Below the pieces are notes generated by a model, which saw only the letters and a list, made by a program, of their open reading frames with translations, was not told the origin of the DNA and made no database searches. A DNA stretch of 64,000 nucleotides from contig NC_092379.1 of NCBI RefSeq assembly GCF_030028105.1, forward strand, positions 24,607,821-24,671,820, written 5' to 3'. This DNA comes from Mobula birostris (Eukaryota). The number at the start of each line of letters is the position of its first letter. Position 1 is the first letter of the stretch. Shown here piece after piece: positions 47,755-59,250 of this stretch. Made by a program: the position numbers and the translations under genes.

Positions 47755-48873
47755 TTGAACTGAGATCAGAGGCATTCACTCAGTTTTGGTGCTGTGCAAT
47801 TGTTGTCTTAGGCATGCCTGGACATGCTTAGTCAGGTTAGATGCTAGCAGACAGGCTATAACAGCTGCTCATTTTAAAGATGCTGTTTAGAGACATGTTG
47901 ATGCACATGTTCTTCAGGCAATAACATAGTGAGTATACTTAATAATGGGGTATATTGGGTGTCAGGGAAGGGTAGTACCTCTGGTGGGGGAACATGTCGC
48001 GTCCTTTTCAGTGCGGTCAGTCCACCTTTGGTCCCTACCTGGCACTAAACCCTCACCTGTGTCGCCCCGTAGCTGTTTGCATGCGACAGCGGTCACACCC
48101 CGGGCAACGGCTTCGACAAGCCGGCTAAACCAGGTGAGGGTAGCCGACGGGTCTCAAACCCTCGGTGAGATAGGGAGTTGTCTATCCGAGCATCTGAAAA
48201 CAGACTCCGGCGGATTGAGCGGACGAGACCAATGGAAAGTCCAACGGTCAAGAAGGCGGTCTCTGCAAGCGTCGTGGAACGTGTAGAGCAGGACAAGACA
48301 CAGAAGATGTCCTGGACATCCACTGCGCCTAGTCCCATCTCCAGCCGTCTAGACTCTGTCTTGCCACTGGACCCAGATGGGAATTGGGAAGGGAGAGTGA
48401 GGCTGACGCTGCTCACCTCTCCCTCACTTAAATCCAAATCACGCGCTAATCTCTAAACCATCATTATGGTGTCGAGGTTCTCATCGACGTCAACGATGGA
48501 CGAACAACCAACCATACTTAGTAATAGGTCTTACTGTCTTCAGGATGATTCAATGAAGCACAAATATCTCGGTAATGCCGCAACAGCTGCGATACAATCT
48601 GTTACATCTGTGGCGAGTATACGCTTAAGGCTCAAAGACGCATCATGACTGCACTTATTAAGAAAGCCTATATGCTCTAATTGGGATGTAAAATTTGTGA
48701 CAGAAACAAAGCCTGGGCTCCTCATATTTGTTGTGCAACACGTGTAGTCAACCTGAGAGCTCGGCTCAAATGTACTCGGAAGTCAATGCCAATTGCAGTC
48801 CCAATGATACGGCGAGAACAGAAGGATAACGTGGCTGAAAGTTACTTCTGTCTGAGCAATGTATCTGGCTCTC

Positions 48874-48917
<44 letters not shown>

Positions 48918-50053
48918 CTATTGAATACCCCAATCTGCCTTGAGCCATGAGACCAGAGTCAAATGATGACAGTTTGGCAGTACCGATGACACCAGTGACA
49001 GGAAGCCCAGGTGAGACACATGAAGATGTCACAATGGAAGAAACAGATGTGTCAAACGACATTGATCCAGATGTTAAACCCTTTATGCCTGATTATCCTC
49101 ATTGGTAACACCACCAGAATTAAATGACCTGGTCTTGCACTTAGATTTGTCAAAAGCTAAAGCAGAACTATTTGATTCAAGGTTGCAAGGATGGAGTTTG
49201 TGGTCACCACGTACAAAAAAAATTGTATCTCTCGAAACCATCAAGAACATTGACAAACTTCTTTACACAGGTTGAAAATATCGCATCGACATTGATTACA
49301 TTGACGAAGATATGTCTGCCTCCTCTTCATGTAAAACACGGACCGATGAAAAATTTTGTGAAAACAATGAACAAAGACGGTGATGAATTTCACTATTTGA
49401 GACAGATGTTTTGAAGAATAATTCATGCCAAGATTAAAAAAGGCATTGTTATTGGTCCACAAATCAGACAGGTCATCAATAACAGCGAGTTCGAGGATCT
49501 GCTCTTAGGGCCGGAGAAAGTAGCATGGAACGCATTTAAGGATGTTGTTGAGAATTTTCTTGGCAACTACAGAGCACCAAATTAGCTTGAAATCCTTGAC
49601 AACATGCTTAAAGCATACAAAACCATGACGTGCAGCATGTCATTGGAAATGTATTTCCTGCATTCACACTTGGTTTCTTGCCTGCTGATCTTGGTGCATT
49701 CAGTGAGGATCATGGTGAAAGTTTTCACCAGGACTTTGCAACCATGGAAAAGCGGTATCAGGGCAACTGGAATCCATTAATACTGGCGGACTATTCTTGG
49801 ACAATGTCACGAGTGGCACCAGATACTGACTACAAAATCATCTGCAAAACATCTTATGCTCAGCTGAACTAACACAATGTGACAGTATTATTATGCAGTT
49901 GAACCTGATGAATTCAATAAAAGTTTTTATGATCATATTCTTACGTGATACAGCAAATTTGTAATTGCTGTTGTGTTCAGCATGACATTATCAGTCATAA
50001 TCTCTATCTTTTTTTTTCAGGAAGCAAAACGTTAGAAAAAATGTTACCCAGTG
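47755..50053 (+). mobile_element. Chapaev3-like DNA transposon remnant with retained 3' terminus, interrupted at 47950-48513
   Basis: ICYICGEYTLKAQRR...WAPHICC...YFC motif and GESFHQDFATMEKRYQGNW. It ends in ...GTTACCCAGTG (a CACTGGG-type terminus). Confidence 0.58.
47950..48513 (+). mobile_element. Short non-autonomous non-LTR element (RTE-like 5' region) with TSD
   Basis: A 564-bp insertion absent from the paralog at about 29425. The roughly 15-bp TSD is ATACTTAATAATGGG (47935-47949) and ATACTTAGTAATAGG (48514-48528). There is a short (CAAC)n-like tail and no transposase or RT motif. Confidence 0.7.
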
Positions 50054-50129
50054 AACTATTACTGTGTAATCCACAACAATGAGTTTTTTTTTTTTTTGGG
50101 CTTCACGCTTCTTCTTGTCTGTCTCTGTG

Positions 50130-50343
50130 CTCTTCGCCGACTGATGGCACGTTGGTACAAAGCTGAGTCGCTCATTTGCCGTTTCGAGATCATTAACATG
50201 CAGATTTTATTTTCCTGATCGAGAGAACCGAAGAAGTGTCCTTCGGCAGCATTTTCCTGATCCTGATCACCAGAGGTATACCTCTGGAGCAGAAATTTTG
50301 GGGGCTCTGCTTGGAGCGACCGGTACCAGTGTATCGTGTATGG
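50130..50343 (-). pseudogene. 5'-truncated supporting TCR-delta V (family A)
   Basis: PYTIHWYRSLQAEPPKFLL...SDSALYQRAISRRR, with Cys104 changed to Arg. FR1, the CDR1 Cys and the acceptor are missing, and the heptamer is CACAGAG. Confidence 0.88.
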
Positions 50344-53300
50344 CAGATTTTCTTAAGACTTGATGTATATTCTCTCGAATGTCTTCCATTTATTGCGCCA
50401 TCATCTATTTACGTTGCTTGCTGATATCTCAGATAAGATAATTGCCTCTTTCATATTCATCCATTGCTTTTATTGTATCCTACTATATTGTATTATAATC
50501 TACTCGCTCTATTGCACCTTTGTAAATATTTTGCACTTACCTAGTCCAACGTTGATGGCTATATATCTAGGAAATTATGTACTACGTGAAGTCATTGCTT
50601 TTGCTGTTGTGAGAAGGAGAATATAACTAGCGATTCGCTTATCGGCATTCCCAGCGCTCGCCTCAGTCTCTAACAAGGATAAATCCCGCTATTTTTGTCG
50701 AAATATCCTTTCTGCATTAGCTCTGTTAGAAAGTTTTCTATATTTGACCATAGCAATGCCCTATGGTATAAAAATAACAAATTTACATTCATTTTAAATT
50801 TCACCACGAGGTATTTGAACAACCTCCCATTTATTTATTTATTTATTTATTTATTTACTTTAATTTGCCTCTTCTTGCAATTTATTTCCTTCCATATTAG
50901 AATCCCTTTCTCTCTGTCTTTCTGCAATGTTTGAAGCCGTCATAAATCATACACCCATTAATTTTACACTCTTGTCTATCGCTACGAATGGAACTTGTTT
51001 CGATTCGTTGGTAGGTAGCCTGGTGATGGAGCAGAATCTATTCCGCATAAAAGGGTAGTTGACAGAGATTGGGAAGGAGTTGTGAACCTATTGTGGGCGA
51101 GGGATTGGCTGGACTGCAGGTGCAGTAAGGTGATGGGATAGATACAAATATTTTAGCATTTGCAATCGGACCTTCCAATTATTGATATTAGTATTATTTT
51201 TATTATTATTATTATCATTATTATTATTATTATTGTTATTTGTTGTTGTTATTTTGGTTGATGTTGTGGTTGTTGCTGTTGTTCAAACACGAAGTCTCGG
51301 GACTATATATAAATTTCTGATCCAGCTTCTGAATCAGTACACCGGAAAGTATATTGTAATAAATGATTTATTACAGACAGGGAAATCCATAATAATTTTC
51401 CGCAAATAATAATAATAATAAAGGATAAACAAGCAAGAACAAATTGTTTAATACATATAGCCAATCCAAACACACATAACCTTTATAAACCATAAGCAAA
51501 AGCTCTACACATATGCTGAATGAAATGTGGAAATTGAAAGACTTTGCAACATGAACAAGGTGTAAATTGGTGACGATATCATAATATTCACCCACCTGAT
51601 ATTGATGCCTCACTTTCAGTAAATCTAATGACAAGTATATGAGAGTGGAGCGTGCCAAGTTTGTTCAAAAGGACATGACGGTAGAGCAGCGATGTTTAAG
51701 CATGTAACAAGCAGCAGAAACAAAGGAGAGTCAGTGGCCTTCACGATGCAGCTGCACAGGTGAAGACCATCAAGATGTGGCCCACCTGAATTAAATTGCC
51801 CTAGCATTTGTAGAAGATTGTTAGTTTGCTATAGGAGAATGTGGGGGTTATTCCTGTTGGGGGTGTGGCTAGTGATGTTCAGCAAGGGTCGCAGTTGGGG
51901 TCTCTGCTTTTCAAGTTTTTCATAAGAGAATGGATGTATTTTTGCCGAGGTTGCGTATGATACAAATATAGGAGATATATTGGGTACTGCTGAGGAAGCA
52001 GAGAGCACGGAGCATTCTCCGGTGGTAGAATAAGCTACGACAATGGGCACATAATTGGCAGATGCAACAAGAAGTAGGAAACTGTATAAAATGTAATTTG
52101 ATCGCAGGAAAAAAGTCGTTGAATATATTCTAAATTAGGAGTGAATTCGAAAAACTCAGGTGTATACAAACTTGATAGTCCTAATTCGTGAATCATTTAC
52201 GGTCAACTTGAGAATTGAGTCCGTACCAAAAAAAAGAACAAAATATAAAAGCTGGGATGTAGCGCTGTTTATTTATAAGAGGTAAATCACACTACATTTG
52301 CAGTTTTGGAAAGTAGCGTGCTCAAAGTCCAAACGAAGGGTTTGCTAGTTAACAAGGGAGAAAAGTAGAGACGTATGCGATTTACCCCGGGGCAGATATA
52401 CTTATCGTAGGTGGAGAGTTTTATGTCTCTTCGGATTAGAATAGCGATACGAATCCCACTGTAACATAACCACCAAAAATGTGCTGAGTACAGTGGACGT
52501 GCGGAGGATAGATCCAACAGCGGGAAACTGGAGCCTCAGAGGTACTCAACCTCAAACAAAACGGACCTGCCTTAGATTACAGTGGAAACATGTTTTAGCC
52601 AGATTGTATATGTGTGATATTCCTTGCCACAGTCTGTTGGGGAGAACATGCACGGTAAATTTCAGTCAGAGGTAAATACCTTCTCAAGTCGTAAGTGTGT
52701 CAGAATTTGGACCGAGTTGCCAGAAGAATGCAGCTGAACCTTTATAATATATACAGTACGAACCCATGGCAGAACCAATATCGATAAGTCAAAAAGCAAA
52801 ATTTTCTCAAATGGTCTTACGGCCAGATCCTGTACATACCTCCAAAACGCGCGTTAATATACTATACTTTTCATTAGTTCGACGGACAGCCTCACACACA
52901 CGAGAAAAGGGTAATAGATATAGTTGATAAATATTGAGGGCTCAGAGGATTAGCAAGTGAGCTTTGTTTAGAAATTTTGAACTTTTTCGAGGTTTTTAAT
53001 GTTCGACTTTATTACTTAATTGCACTGAGTTCAATGGTTTCAATGTATTGGATAATAGTCATGTCATACTAGTTGGCACTGTCGCGTAACCGCCTATGTG
53101 ACATTCTGTAGGATTTTTGAGCTTAAGTCATTCACTAGCTGACACATTTGTGGCGGGTTTGGTCTTCGGCAACACAGAAACTCAACCTCGCGGCGTTAAT
53201 CGCGAAGCTCACGAGGCATGCGATCCACGGAAGATTGCAAGAGTGGATTTAGAATTCTCCTGTACTCGGAAGGCATAGCGTGGTATTAGTTGGAAGTTAA

Positions 53301-54637
53301 TATGCCCACCTTTCAAGAACTACAGACGTTCATTGAGTAACTGTTTCCAGACCCTCACTGTCTGTGACATTAAAAATTACCGTGCGATTTTATGTAATGA
53401 TTTTAATGTGAAAGTAGAGAAACGGCATAAAGAATAGTGGTGCTGTGCACCGAGTAGAAAGATGTCACATGTTGCAACCTGAAATAGAGAGGATGTAGAG
53501 TTGGGTAGACAAATGAGAAATTACATTTCAAATGGGAAACAAAAAACTTGGGTGAAATAGCCAACATTAGAAGTTGGTACATGATTATGAGGAGGATTCT
53601 TAGAGGTGCAGTGGTACAGATGGATACTCGGCATCTACGTCAATATATTCCCCATTGTTGCACGCAAGGGAATTTACCAAATAATATGGTGTACTGGATA
53701 TTGATTTTAAGAGCTGCGGGTAGATACTATGCATCTCACAAAGATCCGGTGACACAATTTCTGAGTCCCTTACTATAGAGAGGCTGTCTAAAGTTTATTG
53801 AGAGAGCTCAGAAGAATTACCTTGAGGCCTCCAATATTAGAGAACGTCTTAAGCAGGAATTTAGAAGAAATCTAGAGATTTTCATTTTGAAACAACGCTA
53901 GTTGACAGTCAGCTTAATATAAATACTTACGGCTATGAAAGGCATAGATTAGATTTTCCTCAGGGCGGTAATGCCAAGCACCAGAAACTTCCGTTTATTG
54001 TTACTGGACGGAAATTTACCGCAAATATCTGAAATAGTGTGCTATTTCACAGAGAATAGCGGGTGACTGAAATTAATGCCGGAGATGGTAGAACCTTCAT
54101 GATGATATTAAAAAAAAAAATACTACTATGTGGATATATAATAGTGTCTTTGAATGAGAGAATGTTTGGATAGGTAGCTTAGTGTTCTAAATTAGCTGGC
54201 AGAGCAAAGTCCGGCGTAGGGTCCGCAGTGTATTTTCCTGTTTGATATTCTCTGTTTTATGTTCCATGAGATTGCGAACGGCAGATCGTCCATCGTTTTC
54301 TTCTTTCTTACCGTTAAAGGTGTTGTCATCATTTATGATTTTGCTCATGTGAAGTACATTTCATTTGTTTTAAGAATTTTATTTTATTTTATTTTTTGCA
54401 GGACTTGGGAAAACATTCTGTCAGCTTTTGAAACTTTGCCGTTGATCAGTAGCTTCTGACAACCAAAAGAAAAATAAAAGGCACGGCCACTTATATCGTG
54501 ACTCAAAGGAAGTTCAACACCGAGCTTCCACTGGCTCACAAATTAATACCCTGTCAATATACTTGAGAAATAAATGAAACAGTTAAATTTGTTTTTATAA
54601 TTTATGACTATCATCTTATTATAGAATTTTCCATGTG

Positions 54638-54922
54638 GTTCATGTCAAATTACACAGTTAAAATGCAGAGAAGTATTGAGGTTCTGTAGTTACTAAATAC
54701 ACTCTATTCTACATTAGTAGCATCGCACATCATTTCAAATCCGGATTCCTACGTTCCCCGCAATATTTGCACAATGCTTTTCAGGAAAATCGTACTGAAT
54801 TGTCTTGAATTCAAATAATCCATCTACACAGAAGATTCAAATGAGACAGTCCATGGATCTATGATCTTGCAGAGAAGTAAAATAAAGGAAACATTTTTTT
54901 TTTCTTCACCAGGGATATAGGT
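54638..54922 (-). pseudogene. Decayed supporting TCR-delta V (cassette B3)
   Basis: Paralog of the 19.4-kb and 42.0-kb copies, with remnant RSS CACATGG-23-TCATAAATT (54599-54637). Confidence 0.68.
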
Positions 54923-56340
54923 CTGATGAAACTTAAAAGGCGCATCATAATTAATTGTCTATCGTTACTGGATCCGCCACGAATAGGAACATGTGAAGGT
55001 TTCACAAAGTTTGTTTTCGTTCACAATATGTCCAAAATGCTTTTATTGTCTTTGGCAATTTTTCCAACTACTTGCCGAGGTGGAGAAATAATTGGCAGCT
55101 GGTGCAGGTGGAGAAATAAAATTACTTCACGTGAATGCAGGAAAATGTGAATATAGAACATTTAGAAACAGTCTGCCAGCGCGCCGGCCCTGAGAGATGG
55201 AAGATCTACCTGTTCCCTTCTGTAAAATATATTGTTGTATTTTATTTTATTTTATTTTATTTTATTTTATTTTGGTGAGAGACGGACGAATGGGAAAAAG
55301 CATTGAGCAATAATTTTATTTACAGCGACAGATGCACTGTCTACAGATTTGTTGTTCTTTAATTTAGCGAAATAAGATCCATGAGAAGGGAGAGATTTTC
55401 CATGTTTGGGATGAGAAACTGTGCGGTGAGGAATACAGGCTGTTAAATTTAATACACCCCTATGCAAAACTTCATAACCAGTTGGTGTAACACACCCTAA
55501 TGCTGAAGGAACTCAGCACACCAGCAGCATATATGGAAAAGAGTAAACTGGCGACGTTTCAGGCATAGATACATCATTAGGATATCCATGTATATACTCC
55601 CTGACATGTGGAGAACATCAGGCATTTTCGCTCTGTTGCTTGGGATTTCAGCATCTGCGGATTTTCTTATGGTTACCCATTCGCTGTGACAGGTCATCCT
55701 TCGTATTACTTATAGTTCAATCAGTTTTCATATGTGTTTTTGTGTTCCCTTGATATTGTTTGATCTACTTTGGCTACATATGGTACTCATGCTATCATCT
55801 TAAAATGTTCTGACCCATGTTGCTTGCATTGCAATTTATATGTGGGTGCCAGGCTCATTCGAAAATGGGCGTCTCCACTGACTCATCCCATCTAGAGGTT
55901 TTGCATGATAAATAGTGACTTTCTCAAGCTTTCAACATACAATTTCCTGCAGAGTCACTTAGCACAGAACATTTTTGAGAACTTCCGTCAAACTTGATTA
56001 CGCAATGTGATGATCCAAGATCCGCATTTCATCCTCTGCCCCCATAACCATCTGCTGGCAGCACAAATAATCGCTCTGCATATACGAATGAAATGTTGCC
56101 TCTATTCTTCTAATGCATGGTTACAGAACTGCGCTGCTTTTACTTGAATTGTACCTTTCCAAATAAGAGCTCATGGCTGGCAATCCAAACGAGTTTTTTT
56201 TGTTGTTGTTGTTGTTGTTGTTTCCAGACTTATAGCTTCTACTACGAAATCTCAGTCCAACTTGATGTATTCAACAAAACTACCTTTGAAAGCACTTCGA
56301 TGATACGGCGTTTTTAAATCTCGCTAGTTCACATATTTAC

Positions 56341-56395
56341 TGACTGTAGAAGTGACCGTGGTCCCGGTTCCACCATGATAGCCAGTGCAGTAACT
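56341..56395 (-). CDS. NAR-TCR J segment (cassette B3)
   Basis: SYCTGYHGGTGTTVTSTV plus GTAAAT donor. The RSS is GATTTATGC-23-CGCGGTG (56396-56434). Confidence 0.78.
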
Positions 56396-56732
56396 CACCG
56401 CGATCCGACCCTCAGGCTCAGTGGTGCATAAATCATCCTCAACTCAGTCTAATCAGCAGCCGACATTGGACTGCGTACAACTATTGCAGACTTTTAAAAC
56501 ATCGACAACAACATGCAGTGTTCCAGAAACCTCTGTGAAGCTATCTGTGAAAAAGACAACTTTAAGATGACCGCTTCATACATTCCGAATGTCGGTTCCC
56601 TAAACTTCAGCAAATCTGAATGAAAAAAAAAATCCTGAAACGGGCACAGTACAATGGAATTCACCCGATAGCAGCGTGAGAATAATCGCACAAATTTCCT
56701 GATTCCAGAATATATAGTTTTTCGGTGTTGAA

Positions 56733-56802
56733 AGTTGTTGCTCGATTATCCTTCGTTGTGTATATTACCAAATCCGTAGTGTTTCATGACAGATTCAGAT
56801 CT
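56733..56802 (-). pseudogene. NAR-TCR D segment (cassette B3) with a broken 5' RSS; core 56761-56774
   Basis: The V-facing heptamer is CGTAGTG (CAC lost) and the 3' nonamer has degenerated to AGTTGTTGC. Confidence 0.7.
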
Positions 56803-57150
56803 CAGAATAGGACTGAGCTGGAGGTAACAGCTTCCCACCTACTCTTCCTGCTTCCATCCTGTTGGAGCAGCGACACATCTGAAGTAAGGGTTTAGGAAGG
56901 TGAAAACTCATTATCACTTGCTGTTCGCTATAACCAGAAATGTGAAAGCCGGTTTTGCACATGCAAATTCAGAAGAGAAGAGAAAGAGTATGAACAGTAA
57001 ACGTCATGTCCCATTACAAATATACTGCACGGAACTCTGGAGAAATGCCTGGATGAATTACGGACAGATTAACTATATTCCTTAAACTGTTGATGGGATA
57101 AATTGCCGCAAGTATTTGAGTACAGCAGGGATCGCTTTCCAAGCTCTGTG

Positions 57151-57624
57151 CATATTCACGATTATTTTCAACTTTACAGAAATAGGTGGCGCTTCCCTTA
57201 ACTCCAAGATTAAAAATTTTAAGGGTAATTGTCATTTATGCTTTTCCGTTTTAATAAATCTTCCTCCTGCGTAGATACGCTGCCCCTCCGTTCCTGCTGC
57301 ATCTGTTTGAAGAACTGTCCGTTTAGAAATTAATCGCTTGATGATTTTTTACGGAATCTGCATGTGATAGTGAGAGACAAGCATTATATTTTTGCCACCG
57401 CTATCGGGCCCTGGATCACTGATTGGCCGAAGAAGACTGGAAATTAAGAAATGCAGATGGGAAGCGTTATTAGTTGTGAAACACGCAGGACGACTAATAC
57501 TATGACTTCATGAAATACTTAATCTACCTGTTCAGTATTATATCTAACTCGCATACTGCAGAGAATTGCTTACGGTACTCACGCCGAAAGCAGATGCAGA
57601 GGTTGACATTCAAGGGAAGTTCAT
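57151..57624 (-). pseudogene. NAR-TCR V pseudogene (cassette B3); leader 57583-57624, V exon 57151-57436
   Basis: The leader is 42 nt (frameshifted). It has the shared TAA stops and further frameshifts. The RSS is CACAGAG-22-ACTCAAATA. Confidence 0.9.
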
Positions 57625-59250
57625 CGTTTCGTCTCCGGGTGTAAGATGGTTTATATGACGGAGAGCTAGACTGCTGTGTTACGTTATTCCTCAGAACAGG
57701 GCAGAGACACCTCTGACGCTTGCTGTTCTAGATTTATGCAATTGCTGAATTTATGAATTACCTTTTTGCGAGAAAGCGTCTGGTTTAATGAACAATAGCT
57801 ATGGTTCTGTTCCCACTCAAGCTCATTGAAACCGATGAGAAAGGTTTTCCTTGACAGTTTTAACGTCAATACCAGTGATTCTTCATCTTTTGGATTAATG
57901 CGAAAAGACCAGGCATCTGCGAATAGAAAATGAAAAAAAAAAAACAAAAACACGTGACAGGGTGAAAACATATCTGAACAATTAACTGAGAGTGTCACTG
58001 TGTTTATAAATATATAATCAGCCATATCCAGATGTTTTCAGGGATGGAGCCAAGGTGATAGAGAATGGTAGGAAAGGTGTCTGAACAAGTGAGTTTTATG
58101 GAACTGTGGAAGCTGGAGGCAATGTTGATGAACTTTAAGAGGTCAAAAAGTGTACATGCATTATGCCAGCAGTTACCAGATGTGGCTATTATTTTGAAGC
58201 ACTTCAGAGGCAAAGGTTGAATAAACAGGTCATAGAGTACAAGGTATTTAATTCGGATGGGACCATAAGAATTGACTTACAGATTTGATTTACTGAGTCT
58301 GCTCCGCTATACAATCATGGCCGGTCCATTTTTTTTCCCTCCTAAACCCCATTTCCCGGCATTCTCCCGTAATAGTTGATGTTCTGTCTAATCCCAAACC
58401 TATTAATCTGTCTCTTAAATACACACAACGACCTGGGCCCCACAGCTACATGTTGCAATAAGTTGCACATTTCACCACCCACCGGCAAAATAAATTACTG
58501 CGCATCTCTGTTTTTTTTGGATGGGTGCCCCTCTATCCTGAAGCTGTGCTCTCTTGTCCTAGTCTCGCCCACCAATGGAAACATCCTTTCCACATGCACT
58601 TTGCCAAGGACTTTCAACACTCGAAAGTTTTCAATGAGATCCCCTTCATCCTTTTAAATCCCAGAGAGTACAGACCCACAGCTATCAGAAAATAAAAGAA
58701 AAGAAGATTCCAGTATGTTAACCGTTCGATTCATGGAATCACCATTGTGAACCTACTGTGGACCATCTCCAATACCAGCACACATTTTCTAAAATGAGCA
58801 ACCCAAAACAGTTCACAATACGCAAGATGAGACCGCACCAGTGCCTCATAAATTCTCAGCATAACATTCCTGTATTTGCATTCTGGCCCTCTGAAATGAA
58901 TGCCAACATTACAGTTGCCTTTCTCACCACCGAATCAACATACAAGTTAACGTTCAGTAGGTTCTGCACATAGACTCCTAATTATTTCTGCATGTCAGAG
59001 TTTTGGATTTTCTCCCCGTTTAGAAAGTACTCCATTTCATATTCCATTTGCCACTTTCTTGTAGATTATCCTCATCTGTCTGAGTCCTTCTGCATCCGAC
59101 TTGTTTCCGCAACACTTCCTGCCTCTGAAATTATGTTCATATCTTCTGCAAACCTCACCAAAAAGGTAACTATTTTATATTCAAAATCATTTAAATACAA
59201 CATAAACGGAACTGGTCCCAACACCTACCCATGTGGACAACAACCAGTCA

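Noticed and set aside
47948-48055. An alternative, shorter HDV-like fold using GGGTAT/GTACCT and CACTAA
   Set aside because: The helix order does not fit HDV topology and there is no L3 or P1.1. The longer fold reported in the findings fits better.
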